Assembly: GCA_951406725.2 (NCBI GenBank)
Contig: OX597818.1
Location: 40,672,001 to 40,736,000, forward strand
DNA from: Octopus vulgaris
Lineage: Eukaryota
Direction: 5' to 3'
DNA: 64,000 nucleotides
Positions within the stretch are counted from its first letter, which is position 1. The number at the start of each line of letters is the position of its first letter. Under the pieces are notes generated by a model. That model ran no database searches and had not been told where the DNA came from. It saw only the letters and a list, made by a program, of their open reading frames with translations. The position numbers were made by a program, and so were the translations under genes. Shown here piece by piece: positions 1-13,494 of this stretch.

Positions 1-198
1 TTTTTATTGAGACTGATTCCTTCTAAGTAGGTTGGTTTTAAATCATTGCAACGTTGTTTATCGGTGAATTGATTTAGGCTTGCAAATCAATGGACACGAA
101 TATATACAGATAGATAGACAGGTACAAAGACAATAGGCGAACATTCTTAGCTGAAAAGGAAAAATAATACCTCTGCATACGTACACACACAGGCGTTC

Positions 199-236
<38 letters not shown>

Positions 237-253
237 GTATATATATATATATT

Positions 254-506
254 AATTAGAGAAGAACCACCATGTAGCAATTCAACAATGATATACTTGA
301 ATCATAACATATAGAAAAATAATTAAAGATACGATAAAACATTTACCTAGAACTAAATAAAGTACGAAATAATAAATAAATAGTATATAATAGTATTTAA
401 TTTAGTTCTAGGTATATGTTTTATCATATCTTTAATTTCTTTTTTCTATATGGTATGATTCAAGTATTTCATTGTTGAATTACTACATGGTGGTTCTTCT
501 CTAATT
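254..506. repeat. Fold-back inverted repeat next to a (TA)n tract; probable Penelope-like terminal fragment or MITE
   Basis: Arm 254-358 (aattagagaagaaccaccatgtag...cctagaactaaat) is an imperfect reverse complement of arm 400-506. Confidence 0.8.
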
Positions 507-589
507 TATATACATATATTATATATTGTGAAATTTGATATATTATTAAATTGAATTTTTCCCTGTAAGCTTGGTATCATATTCCCTAA

Positions 590-623
<34 letters not shown>

Positions 624-627
624 TTTT

Positions 628-679
<52 letters not shown>

Positions 680-1209
680 GAATGTGTATGTACAGGTGGG
701 AAAATACATACACATATGTGTGTGTGTGTATGTGTGTGTAAGAGTGGAGAGAGAGAGCACTGTAAAAAATGTTTAAGGCTACTGAGTTTTGTCACTCGCT
801 TCAATTGTTTTCGCATAGCATTTGAATCGTCTTTGCTTTTGTTTCGTAATATTGGACTTAAAACTTTAGGTACGAGAGGAGTAATTTCGTAAAGCGGGAC
901 TACTCGATTACATCGACCCCAGTACTCAACTGGTCCTTAGTTACTCGTCCCCGAAAGGAAGAAAGCTCTCTGCAGGAAGATATTGTAATATTAAAGCTTT
1001 TCCCCGTTTTAATTACTATAGTCGGCATGTTCTACGTTTCGAGTATTTATTAGTCTGTGTGCTGTGGTTCTCATTTCTGTCTACCTGTAATGTGTGTTTG
1101 TAATGTACAAAACGTTTACGTTTATAATATAGAGCTAATTATAATGTAACCACATTTTTGTATCTTTTACAGTTAACTCTTCATACATTAGAATAGGTAG
1201 ATAAATATA

Positions 1210-1948
1210 TTCTTTTCTACTCTAGGCACAAGGCCCGAAATTTTGGGGGAGAGGGCCAGTCGATTAGATCAACTCCAACACACAACTGGTACTTGATTTG
1301 TCGACCTCGAAAGGATGAAAGGCAAAGTCGACCTCGGTGGATGTAAAGACAGACGAAATACCTATTTCTTTACTACCCACAAGGGGCTAAACACAGAGAG
1401 AACAAACAAGGACAGAGGGATTAAGTTGATTACATCGACTCCAGTGCGTAACTGGTACTTATTTAATCGACCCCGAAAGGATGAAAGGCAAAGTCGACTT
1501 CGGCAGAATTTGAACTCAGAATGTAGCAGCATACGAAATACCTATTTCTTTACTACCCACAAGCGGCTAAACACAGAGAGGACAAACAAGGACAGACAAA
1601 CGGATTAAGTCGATTATATCGACCCCAATGCGTAACTGGTACTTATTTAATCGACCCCGAAAGGATGAAAGGTAAAGTCGACCTCGGCGGAATTTGAACT
1701 CAGAACGTAACGGCAGACGAAATACCTAATTCTTTACTACCCACAAGGGACTAAACACAGAAGGGACAAACAAGGACAGACAAACGGATTAAGACTCCAG
1801 TGCGTAACTGGTACTTATTTAATCGACCCCGAAAGGATGAAAGGCAATGTCGACCTCGGCGGAATTTGAACTCAGAACGTAGCGGCAGACGAAATATCGC
1901 TAAGCACTTCGCCCGACGTGCTAATGATTCTGCCAGCTCGCCGCCTTC
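1210..1948 (-). mobile_element. Family A tRNA-derived SINE, tandem array (one head plus 3 further head-less units)
   Basis: Minus strand has GGCGGCGAGCTGGCAGAA head, GAGTTCAAATTCC B box and a GCCTTTCATCCTTTCGGGGTCGAT Nin/Deu-domain-like core; junctions near 1362, 1542, 1726. Confidence 0.9.
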
Positions 1949-2293
1949 GATAGAGAAATATATTGAAACAAAATGTTTCGTATGTCCAAGAGCAGAGACG
2001 TTATACAGCAGACAATAATAAATCGGTTTGGTTTGTGAATGTTGAAATGTGGGACAGAGGAATCAACAAGGGAGTTAATTAGAACTGCAAATAAATATAA
2101 CGAAAATAGATATTAATGTAGATTGTTGAAGGCCTCAGGTCTCGATATTGACTGTTACAATGAATGTAGCCAACACTGACGGTTCGTTACTGTGATGCGT
2201 GTCATGGTGACCGTAAAGATAGTGTTGATGTTTAGTGGTGGTGGTGGTGGATTGGGTGATGGTGGTGGTGGTGATGAGATGGGGGTGATAATT

Positions 2294-2645
2294 TTGGTTC
2301 TGTCCCACTATGTGGTACCTTGGGCAAGTTTCTTCTGCTATAGTTTCAGACCGACCAAAGCTTTGTGAGTGGAATTGGTTGACGGAAACTGAAAGAAGCC
2401 TGTGGTATATATGTATCTATGTTTGTGTGTCTTTGTGTTTGTGTTTGTCCCTCCACTACCGCTTGACAACCGGTGCTGGTGTGTTTACGTCCCCGTAGCT
2501 TAGCAGTTTGGCAAGGTCCACTAATAAAATAAATACCAAGCTTTTAAAAAAATAAGTACTACGGTCGGTATATTCGACTAACAATCATTGAGTGCGGTGC
2601 CCCAGCATGGCCGAAGTCTAGTGACTGAAACAAGTAAAAGTTAAA
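2294..2645 (+). mobile_element. Family B SINE, 5'-truncated
   Basis: CCTTGGGCAAG core, GACGGAAACTGAAAGAAGCC, internal microsatellite, GACTGAAACAAGTAAAAG tail. Confidence 0.85.
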
Positions 2646-2669
2646 GATAAAATATAAAAACAATACACT

Positions 2670-2794
2670 GTAGCAGCAGCAGCAGCAGCAGCAGTAGCAG
2701 TAGTAGTAGTAGTAGTAATAGTAGTAGTAGTAGTACTAGTACTAGTAGAAGCAGCAGTAGTAGTAGTAGTAGTTGTAGTAGTAGTAGTAGTAGT

Positions 2795-2847
<53 letters not shown>

Positions 2848-3157
2848 CAACAGTAGCAGCAGCGGCAACGAGGGTGGAGTTGGTACCAGTTCCAAAGATT
2901 CATGAAGGTAGTAGTAGTAGTAGTAGTAGCAGCAGCAATTGTTATGGTGGGTGCGGTGGTGGTGGTGATGATAGTGCTGGTGGTGGTGGACGTCGTCGTC
3001 GTCGTTGTCGTCTTGCTGGGCGTGGTTGTGGTGGTCGTGGCCGTTATCGGTGGTGGCGCTGTTGATGATAATAATGATGGTAGGTGTGTGATAGGGCGTG
3101 ATGGTGATGGTGGTGACGATGATGACGGTGACGGTGGTGTTGGTGATGCGAAGGTGT

Positions 3158-3198
<41 letters not shown>

Positions 3199-3290
3199 GT
3201 GGTGGTGATGGTGGTTGCGCTAGTGGTGCTAGAGGTAATGGTCATTGTATTGTTGATGATGATAGTGATGATGATGATGATGATGATGCC
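2670..3290. repeat. Compound trinucleotide microsatellite (AGC/AGT/GGT/GAT)
   Basis: Directly visible repeats. Confidence 0.95.
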
Positions 3291-3769
3291 GCTGGTGCAT
3301 TGCGGTCGGACTAAGACCGGCGTGAACTTTGTTTTTTTCTATATTTTTGCTTCCTTTTTTTCTGTTTTTACTTCTATTTTTTTTTTTATTATTATTTCTT
3401 TAAAGTTTTTTTTCTTTCTTTCTTTCTTTCTTTCTTCTGCCGCCAACCAAGCACGTGGTCGTAAACGTCCGTGATGGCGTCAATGGGAAAAGACCAGCTG
3501 ATATCATTTTAGCCGTTGGCACAGTCGGTGTCGCTTTCAACAACATTTTGCACGGCCAACCATTCGCCGATGCCTGTTTCCTTTGTTGCAGTCGTAATGT
3601 TATTTCGCTACATCGATTGCTACCCTCTTTAGAGCACGTTTCCTGCTGTTGACTTAGGTCCACCTCACAATTCTTCCTCGCTTCGCGCTCCCTCTTTTAA
3701 CACTTCCCCTTTTTTTCTTCAGCAGAACAACACGCCACTTTGCATATACATCCTCCTTGTGCCCTACTT

Positions 3770-4207
3770 CCCTTTCTTCTTCTTTTTCTTCTTCTTCTTC
3801 TTCTTCTTCTTCTTCTTCTTCTTCTTCTTCTTCTTCTTCTTCTTTTGCTTCTTCTTCTTTTGCTTCTTCTTCTTTTGCTTCTTCTTCTTTTGCTTCTTCT
3901 TCTTTTGCTTCTTCTTCTTCTTCTTCTTCTTCTTCTTCTTCTTCTTCTTCTTCTTCATCATCATCTTCATCATCATCATCATCTTCTTCTTCTTCTTCTT
4001 CTTCTTCATCTCTTCTTCTTCTTCTTCTTCTTCTTCTTCTTCTTCTTCTTTCTTCTTCTTCTTCTTCTTCTTCTTCTTCTTCTTCTTCTTCTTCTTCTTC
4101 TTCTTCATCATCTTCTTCTTCATCATCATCTTCATCATCATCATCATTTCTTCATCTTCATCATCTTCTTCTTCTTCTTCTTCTTCTTCTTCTTCTTCTT
4201 CTTCTTC

Positions 4208-4273
<66 letters not shown>

Positions 4274-4291
4274 TACTACTATTATTATTAC

Positions 4292-4338
<47 letters not shown>

Positions 4339-4340
4339 TT
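3770..4340. repeat. Compound (CTT)n/(CAT)n/(ATT)n microsatellite
   Basis: Directly visible; includes a 15-bp higher-order unit tttgcttcttcttct. Confidence 0.95.
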
Positions 4341-4610
4341 ATTTTCCTCCTTCCACACATCATTCTTGTATTCTCAGCTTCTTCACTATAAACGTTCCCT
4401 CTCCTTCTCCCTTCCACCCGTCTCATTCTCAGTCTCTTCCATTCTCACCCTTTCTCTTTCCTCCCGCTCTCTATCTTGTCTCTCTCTCTCTCCCTCTTTC
4501 AACGTTCTGTCACCGTCTCTTGTTCTGCCTGTTTAATGCTTTATGTTTTTGCTTTTATCGTTTGTGTCCATTAAAAACCATTACACTTTTCATTCCTCTG
4601 TATACACTCG

Positions 4611-4681
<71 letters not shown>

Positions 4682-4831
4682 GCTCCCACACACACTGGTA
4701 CGCACGCACACATACGAATATAAGTGTATGCATGTACAAATGTCAGTACGTATACACACACGCATCACTCACACACACGTATCACTCACACACACAGATA
4801 TATATATAAGCATGCAAATTTACACATATAA

Positions 4832-4883
<52 letters not shown>

Positions 4884-5219
4884 GCATGTATATTTACATG
4901 CATAAATACACACACACACATATGTATACCAGTATGTGTATTAACGTCAATACTCCATTACCACCCAACACTATCACCACTACCCAACACTATCTCCTCT
5001 TCCTCTTCCTCCTCCACAACCACCACTGAACAATAACAACTCAAGAACATCTTTCATCGATTGTATTGGTTCACTTTCGATTTTTATCTCCTGCTTATTT
5101 TCCTTCTACAGTGTTGTTTTTCTTGCCACTTTCTCCCCAACCCAGCGCCGTCATATCAGTGTGCCGCCTTCTACAAATGCGTCGCTTCTAAGTGTCGCCG
5201 TGCTATACACACCAATTTT

Positions 5220-5820
5220 CCTATTTCTTTACTGCCCACAAGAGGCTACACACAGAGGGGACAAACAAGGATAGACAAACGGATTAAGCCGATTATATCG
5301 ATCCCAGTGTTTCACTGATACTTAATTTATCGACCCCGAAAGGATGAAAGGCAAAGTCGACCTCGGCGAAATTTGAACTCAGAATGTAGCGGCAGACGAA
5401 ATACCTATTTCTTTACTACCCACAAGGGGTTAAACACAGAGGGGACAAACAAGGACAGGCAAACGAATTAAATCGGTTATGTCGACCCCAGTGCGTAACT
5501 GGTACTTATTTATTCGACCCCGAAAGGATGAAAGGCAAAGTCGACCTCAGCGGAATTTGAACTCAGAACGTAACGGTAGATGAAATACCTATTTCTTTAC
5601 TACCCACAAGGGGCTAAACACAGAAGGGACAAACAAGGACAGACAAATGGATTAAGTAGATTACATCGACCCCAGTGCGTAACTGGTACTTAATTTATCG
5701 ACCCCGAAAGGATGAAAGGCAAAGTCGACCTCGGCGGAATTTGAACTTAGAACGTAACGGCAGACGAAATACCGCTAAGCATTTCGCCCGGCGTGCTAAC
5801 GTTTCTGCCACCTCGCCGCT
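5220..5820 (-). mobile_element. Family A SINE, tandem trimer
   Basis: Head at about 5820; head-less units joined at 5405/5406 and 5589/5590 (184-bp period). Confidence 0.9.
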
Positions 5821-6101
5821 TTAGCGACGCTCCAAGTTTCCGCATTACTGTGACGTTTCTTGTAACCTCCATCGCTTTTCCTTCATGCCACCTCTTCACA
5901 TTAGCATCGCCCCGCTACATAAATGACCACCACGGTTTTCATATGGTAATGTTACCTCTTTGCATAAACACCTCTGCCATTTCCAAATAACACTTTCACG
6001 TCTTCACACAAGCATCTGTGTCACATGGCAGTGATCATCACAGTTTCCATGAGGTAACGTCACCTCTTCACAAAACCATCCATATCACATGACTGTGCTA
6101 T

Positions 6102-6321
6102 CTACGAAGAGGGAACTGAAAAGTTCCCGACTTTGAGTAAAAGGAAATACATGAGGATCAGTTAATTACGATTTTACTCAATATATCCCCTCTCAGGTTC
6201 TCGCACTTATTGAAGCCGTCCTTCAGTTTTTCTAAGCCCTGTAAAAGAACTCGGAAGGCTGGGCTTCCATCCAGGCTTTTCGCGATGCCCTTAAAGCCAA
6301 GAACTTTTCAGCGTCCCCTTA
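6102..6321. mobile_element. Mariner-derived MITE (~220 bp)
   Basis: Imperfect TIRs (TACGAAGAGGGAACTGAAAAGTTC ... GAACTTTTCAGCGTCCCCTTA); homologous to copies at 40626-40845 and 45553-45702. Confidence 0.8.
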
Positions 6322-6652
6322 CACTCATCCTCCCACATGCTCGCACGTGACAATGTTACGTTATCACACAGTCCTATTCCTCCACATGAAATTATAAACT
6401 GCTTCTACTCCTTACCACTCACCCCCATGTGGCAGCTCCTTCAAATACACACCAATGTACTCCTACATGGCAGTTTCTCTACACAGATTACCTGTTTACT
6501 CCCACATGATATTGCTACCTCTTCCCACATTCATATCTTTCCACATGTTTGTACTCTGTCACGTCCGCACATATCCGTATATTCCCACATGACTGCGCCC
6601 CCTCCTCACTTTCCTATATAATCCCACATGACAATAATCAAGTGGGAATCAA

Positions 6653-6879
6653 GGCGGCGAGCCGGCAGAATCGTTAGCACGCCGGACGAAATGCTTAGCG
6701 GTATTTCGTCTGCCGCTACGTTCTGAGTTCAAATTCCGCCGAGGTCGACTTTGTCTTTCATCCTTTCGGGGTCGATTAAACAAGTACCAGTTACGCACTG
6801 GGATCGATATAATCAACTTAATCCGTTTGTCTGTCCTTGTTTGTCCCCTTGTGGGCAGTAAGGAAATAAGAAATAAGAC
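6653..6879 (+). mobile_element. Family A SINE monomer with 13-bp TSD
   Basis: TCAAGTGGGAATC at 6638-6650 and 6880-6892 flank a full head-to-tail copy. Confidence 0.92.
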
Positions 6880-6895
6880 TCAAGTGGGAATCTGA

Positions 6896-6952
<57 letters not shown>

Positions 6953-7219
6953 AAGGAGCTTCTACAGGACTAGAACTGTTTCATTCAAATGAAATCATTG
7001 AGTACCTTATTTACTGTGGTTAACCCCGACTCAACCCGGGACCTATATATATATATATATATATATATACAAATAACAAGATATATATATATATAAAGGT
7101 CATACTTTTATTACCTCCACATAACAGCAATCTTCCCACACATATTTCCACCATAAAAATACAATCTCCCCACACACCCATTTACATCTACATAGAAATA
7201 CAATCCTCCCACGCAGACA

Positions 7220-7710
7220 GAAGCCCTACATTATAGTACTTCTACATGTGGGACGATGCCGCTACTACGAACGCAGACGTACTGGAGTGCATCCAGAGAA
7301 GAGCCACGAACTAACTGGTATTTAATCATTTATTGAAACGCTTGAACGTGTCCGGAAGGGACTGAATACAACTTAGGTGTGCAGTATCTTCTCGTTGTCT
7401 TTCCTGTCTCTACTATAATGGTTTCCATTCCTCGGAGCTGACAATTCTACTGCATCCACCATTATGGAATATCCGACGCAATGGTTTTTTTTTCCGCCTC
7501 TTGTCAATTCTGGTGCATCTAGTTATCTCAGGCTCACACTTACCATTTTATCCAGTCCTTTCTCTACAGAGCATGAACCCTTGGAATCTTCTGCCTGTTG
7601 ATGTTTTTCCAGCAAGGGCTGACCGGTAATACTGGAAACAAAATACCAACGGCATCAAACTCTACGGTCTCAGAGGAACTGCAAATATCATAGGAACTGC
7701 TCTTTCTTTC
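7220..7710 (+). pseudogene. Degenerate CR1/Jockey-group LINE ORF2 C-terminal fragment
   Basis: Partial translation HMWDDAATTNADVLECIQRRAT and a later WNLLP resemble the post-RT region of CR1-type ORF2; stops and frameshifts present. Confidence 0.6.
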
Positions 7711-7764
7711 TCCACCAGTAAAATAAAAATAAAATAAAATAAAAATAAAATAAAAAATTTCACC

Positions 7765-8458
7765 AGTGGCTGTGTGGTAAGTAGCTTGCTTACGAACTAC
7801 ATGGTTTCAGGTTCAGTTCCACTACGTGGCACCTTGGGCAAGTGTCCTCTACTATAGCCTCGGGCCGACCAAAGCCTTGTGAGTGAATTTGGTAGACGGA
7901 AACTGAATGAAGACCGTCGTATATATGTATATATATGTATATAAGTATGTGTGTGTACGTGTTTGTGTGTCTGTGTGTGCCCCCCCCCCCACTTTACTTG
8001 ATGCTGGTGTATTCACGTCCCCGTAACTTAGCGGGTCGGCAAAAGACTCCGATAGAATTAGTACTAGGCTTACAAAGAATGAGTCCTGAAGTCGATTTGC
8101 TCGACTAAAGGAGGTGCTCCAGCCGCTGGGGTCGATTTGCACCGACTAAAGGCGGCGAGCTGGCTGAAAGGCGGTGAGCTGGCAGAAACGTTAGCATGCT
8201 GGGCGAAATATTTAGCGGTATTTCGTCTGCCTCTACGTTCTGAGTTCAAAGTCCGCCGAGATCGACTTTGCCTTTCATCCTTTCGGGGTCGATGAAATAA
8301 GTACCAGTTACGCACTGAGGGTCAATATAATCGACTTAATCCGTTTGTCTGTCCCCTCTGTGTTTAGCCCCTTGTGAGTAGTAAAGAAATAAGAAATAAA
8401 AAATAAAGGCAGTGCTCCAGCATGGCCACAGTCAAATGACTGAAACAAGTAAAAGAGT
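7765..8458 (+). mobile_element. Family B SINE with a nested family A SINE (about 8150-8400)
   Basis: B head GTGGCTGTGTGGTAAGTAGC; interrupted after GACTAAAG by an A copy; B tail resumes at about 8404 (TAAAGGCAGTGCTCCAGCATGG). Confidence 0.88.
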
Positions 8459-9091
8459 ATAAGCTTAATGGGGAAACTAGTTTAGTGACCGTATCTTTCT
8501 ACAACATTACTGTATATTTATTTATTGTCTGACGAGTTTCTCTTCAAATCTTTCTTTGTGTACATACTGTACAGTGTGTGTTAAAACTATTTTAGCGCAA
8601 AGTGGTAGTTTCATTTGCTTTTATTTCTAATTTAAAAACAAAACATAAAATCGTTCGGATCCGTGTTACGATTTATTACAAGGAAATCGACGATAAAATA
8701 GGTTTCGCGTAATAATGGTATCCCGAGCTGGAGAAATATTTTTTCTAGAACACAACGCTTCCGTAATGCCAGGGATGCTTATGTAAACACATCTGTCTCT
8801 AAAATTTAGACTTATAAACGAAACCAAACGGGACACAATGTATACGCTTGTCTAGTCATGCGTGTTCAGAGCACTTACAACGACGTAATGCTATAGACTA
8901 ATAAATTTTCAGTCTCTGTATTCTAATGCCTCAATGCTCCACTTACCGAAAGATAATTTGCTCACAAATCTTAAGTTGATCAGTAGACCTTAAAACAATT
9001 GAGCAGCTTGTTCCAGGTAAACTGTATATTGATATCATATTAACACACCAGCTGTTTCCCATATCAGTAGCATGTATTCCATTATTATTAA

Positions 9092-9152
<61 letters not shown>

Positions 9153-9153
9153 G

Positions 9154-9367
9154 AGGGTGGTGAGCTGGCAGAATCGCTAATTTGCTGGCCTTAATGCTTA
9201 GCGGCATTACGTCTCTCGCTACGTTCTGAGTTCAAATTCCGTCCATGTCGACTTTATCGTTCATTCTTTCGAGGTAGATAAATTAAGTATCAGTGAAACT
9301 GATGTATTCGATGTATTCGACTAGTCCCCGCCCCAAAATTTCTGGCCTTGTGCCTTTAGTAGAAAGG

Positions 9368-9368
<1 letters not shown>
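9154..9368 (+). mobile_element. Family A SINE (alternative tail) inside an (ATT)n tract
   Basis: GGTGGTGAGCTGGCAGAATC head; CCAAAATTTCTGGCCTTGTGCC tail; (ATT)n on both sides. Confidence 0.8.
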
Positions 9369-9453
<85 letters not shown>

Positions 9454-9572
9454 CAGTAGTAGTAGTAGTTTTTGTTGATCCTTAACAACACCTGTTGTAG
9501 AGGTTGTAGTAGTGGTGGTAGTCGCAGTTGTTCACGTTTAGCCTCCAGGTTTTCTCTAAACGAGAAAGGCCT

Positions 9573-9977
9573 AGGAGTGGTTGTGTGGTAAGTAGCTTGC
9601 TTACGAACCGCATGGCTCCGGGTTCAGTCCCACTGCGTTGCATTTTGGGCAAGTGTCTTCTACTATAGACTTGGGTCGACCAAAGCCTTGTGAGTGGATT
9701 TGGTAGACAGAAACTGAAAAGAGCCCGTCGTATATATGTATATATGTATTTATGTGTGTCTATATGTTTGTGTGTCTGTGTTTGTCCTCCAACATCGCTT
9801 GGCAACCGACGCTAGTGTGTTTACGCTCCCGTAAATTAGCAGTTCGGCAAAAGAGACCGATAGAATAAGTACTAGGCTTACAAAGAATAAGTCCTGGGGT
9901 CGATTTGCTCGACTAAAGGTGGTGCTCCAGCATGGCCACAGTCAAATGACTGAAACAAGTAAAAGAATAAAAGAGTA
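9573..9977 (+). mobile_element. Family B SINE, near full length
   Basis: A-box-like TGGTTGTGTGG, B box GGTTCAGTCCC, core, microsatellite and tail. Confidence 0.9.
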
Positions 9978-10809
9978 AATGGGCTGAAATATGATAAGAA
10001 GCATTCAGCCATGACCATCCCAACTCTTAACAATTTGAAAGTTTAGGATATCATTTGCAGTAGTGGGAAAATATTGCTGTTATTTCTAGCAGCTGGAGCG
10101 ACCACATAGTTTGTTTCCTTGTTATCCTTGTTGTCGTAGTTTGACATGCGCAAACAAATCTATGATTAATGGCGGCGAATTGGTAAAATAGATACAGTGC
10201 TGATATGCAGTATTTGTTCCAAATCTCTGCATTCTGAGTTCAAATCTCGTCCTAGTCAGCTTCGACTTTTATCCTCTTTGGGGGTCGATAGAAATGGACG
10301 GTAGATTGGCAGAATAGTTTAAGGGTCAGTAAAGATGCCTTGTGGTATCTGTTCCGGCTCCTTGCGTTCTGTCAGCATCACTAGTGCCAAGTTCTAACGG
10401 CCCAAAAGAGCAGCCATTTCCTTAGATAAACTTCAGTGACATGCAGAGGAGAGATTTCCACACGTGGGAAAATGCTAACTTTTCTGAAAAATATTACCCT
10501 GGCTTGCACATGTCCGTGTAGAGTAATGGTCAATCTTGACCGATAGTGGTTCTAGGGGCAGTCAGTTTGTTTTCAAACTGGCCATAGAATCTTTTGTCTT
10601 AGACATGGTATATCTATGACAAGAGACATTCTTAAATGAACACATTATTAAATGTGACTCTTTTAAGAACAAGATTAACTTTTGGTATTTTTCTGCTTCT
10701 CTCACTATCAATTAATTTTTAATAAATCCTCTGGCTATTTACAACACTAGTGTGTGAATAGACACTGAGATTCTATATATCGTTGGCTGCTATCGCGCTA
10801 CTGGATGTC

Positions 10810-10854
10810 TGTCACTGAGGAACCCAAAGCAGATTGAAATCACGGGATCTAACA
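10810..10854 (+). ncRNA. Degenerate type I hammerhead-like motif
   Basis: TGTCA-CTGAGGA-(weak stem II)-GAAA-TC-ACGG-GA-TC-TAACA; core boxes and stem III intact, stem I 4/5 paired. Confidence 0.45.
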
Positions 10855-11173
10855 ATTTCGGCAGCTGTAGCAAACGATTCTTATCTGTCAACGATATAAT
10901 TACAAGCGCATTTATTCACCACAAGTCTTTATGAAAGATACATAACACAATATTCTGTGTTCTTATACAACACACACGTTAAGCTGGAGATCAGGATCGC
11001 CTTTTGTTATCATTACTGCTTCTGACACCATTAATTAGTTTGTAGAATGTGATTTGAAAAGAACTGGCTTTATTTTTAGTAACTCCAACATCCACATGGA
11101 CATCTCCTTGCGTTGGATTGTTGATGAGTAAACCCATGTCATCCTCAATCATAGAGTCATACAGGCACTAAGT

Positions 11174-11553
11174 GGAGGCACAATGGCGCAGTGATTAGGG
11201 CAGCGGACTCGCGGTCGTAGGATCGCGGTTTCGATTCCCAGACCGGGCGTTGTGAGTGTTTATTGAGCGAAAACACCTAAAGCTCCCCGAGGCTCCGGCA
11301 GGGCATGGTGGTGATCCCTGCTGTACTCTTTCACCACAACTTTCTCTCACTCTTACTTCCTGTTTCTGTTGTACCTGTATTTCAAAGGGCCGGCCTTGTC
11401 ACTCTCTGTGTCCCGCTGAATATCCCCGAGAACTACGTTAAGGGTACACGTGTCTGAGGAGTGCTCAGCCACTTACACGTTAATTTCACGAGCAGGCTGT
11501 TCCGTTGGTCGGATCAACCGGAACCCTCATCGTCGTAACCGACGGAGTGCTTC
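11174..11553 (+). mobile_element. Family C tRNA(Arg)-like SINE (reminiscent of octopus OR-type SINEs)
   Basis: A box TGGCGCAGTG, TCG anticodon-like position, B box GGTTTCGATTCC; near-identical copy at 18156-18538; CTAAGTGG at both flanks. Confidence 0.88.
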
Positions 11554-12148
11554 CTCCCTCCTAAGTGGTGTGACTCTGTGTAGATTACTCATGACACCAT
11601 CAACATCAATTTTTAGTCTAACTTCATGATTCACTTACATATTCTGCTACAGGCTGGTATATATAAATTATGAAGCGGACGTTTAATCAATGTGTTCATA
11701 CGACGTACTTCGCGAGGCTACCAACACACTCTCTCTGACTTCTACCGACCACTACTCTTTATAAAAGTTCGGCTAGTCTATCCTCCAGGGGGTGGACTGG
11801 CCGAACTCCAGTGGACTACAGGGGTGTCAATGGTTCTCGCCACAACATTCAGCAAAATCAAAATACGGTGCGATAGCAGTAGAAGTACAATGAAATAAAA
11901 TTAGCCATCACGCACATCAGTGCTCCAGGATGGTCAGAGCTACTGGATGACACATGTAAAATTAACAATATAGTATATTGTTTGTATGTATGTATGTATG
12001 TATGTATGTATGTATGTATGTATGTATGTACGTACGTATGTATGTATGCATGTATGTATGTTGGTTGGCATCCTTTTTGTCTCGGGAGACAATGAAGTTG
12101 CGCATAAAATAGTCTAGTCCGGCTTTTACATGTATGTATGTATGTATG

Positions 12149-12179
<31 letters not shown>

Positions 12180-12625
12180 TATTGTGTGTGTGTGTGCGAG
12201 ATTCTGCGTGAGTGTGTATGTGTCAGTTTTGTGTGCTTCTGTGTATGCGTGTGAGTGTGTGTGACAATGCACAACTCAAAAGTTACGAAAAATTGCCAAT
12301 GCATACACACAATGTGCATCTGTGTATATGATCAACGCATGTATATATGTATATATACATACGCGCGTGCACAAATAACATGTATACATACATGAATACA
12401 AACATGCGTACATACATGCAAATATACATACACGTAACTATACATAATTACATACGTAAAATTTACGTCACTCCATACATGGATGTGTACACATGGGTGC
12501 TCACATTCATATTTGTGTTTCGATTTTGGGGTGAAGAATTTGAATAGAAACAGAAGTCGAGAAGCTGTCGTATAAAATCAATGGCAGAAAATTGGAAGAA
12601 ATTCCGTTAAAGAGAAGGCGGTTTA

Positions 12626-12673
<48 letters not shown>

Positions 12674-12817
12674 GCACATACATATAGATATAGACAGAGA
12701 AGGAGATAAATATGTGTGTGTGTGTATATGTGTGTATACATTTAGACATATATCTGTGTGTGTGTGTGTGTGTGTGTGTATACATATAAATTAATATATA
12801 GAGAGAGCAAGAAAGAC

Positions 12818-12900
<83 letters not shown>

Positions 12901-12992
12901 CATAGATAGATACATAGATACATAGATACATAGATAGATAACACTAATTAATTAAATCGATTACATGATGAACGAATATTATATAATATAAT

Positions 12993-13290
12993 GGCGCAGG
13001 AGTGGCTGTGTGGTAAGTAACTTGCTAACCAACCACATGGTTCCGGGTTCAGTCCCACTGCGTGGCATCTTGGGCAAGTGTCTTCTGCTATAGCCCCGGG
13101 CCGACCAATGCCTTGTGAGTGGATTTGGTAGACGGAAACTGAAAGAAGCCTGTCGTATATATGTATATATATATATGTGTGTTTGTGTGTCTGTGTTTGT
13201 CCCCCTAGCATTGCTTGACAACCAATGCTGGTGTGTTTATGTCCCCGACACTTAGCGGTTCGGCAAAAGAGACCGATAGAATAAGTACTG
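12993..13290 (+). mobile_element. Family B SINE, 3'-truncated
   Basis: GGCGCAGGAGTGGCTGTGTGGTAAG head through GATAGAATAAGTACT. Confidence 0.9.
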
Positions 13291-13316
13291 GGCATATATA
13301 TATATATACATAAATA

Positions 13317-13494
13317 TGACGGGCTTCTTTCAGTTTCCGTTTACCAAAGGCTCTGGCCGGCCCGAGGCTGTAGTAGACGACACTTGCCCCAGGTGCCACG
13401 CAGTTGGACTGAACCCAGAACCATGTGGTTCGTAAGCAAGCTACTTACCACACTACCACTCCAACGCCTTCTTACCACACAGCCACTTCTATGC

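Noticed and set aside
1015-1200. Minus-strand CTCGAAACGTA resembling a hammerhead 3' half
   Set aside because: No upstream CUGANGA box or stem I partner found
1315-2018. Recurrent peptides such as MKGKVDLG, RNWYLFNRPRKDERQ and FRLPNPLTRLWSARGYSRRHLPK
   Set aside because: Incidental translations of SINE families A and B, not a gene family
2641-4809. Long ORFs of 167-327 aa (also at 14364-16473, 29258-29989, 47346-48006)
   Set aside because: Homopolymeric translations of stop-free microsatellites, open in several frames, with no domain content
11174-11250. tRNA-Arg-like sequence (also 18465-18538)
   Set aside because: It is a SINE head: it continues into a ~300-bp body, is bounded by TSDs, and has no proper acceptor stem
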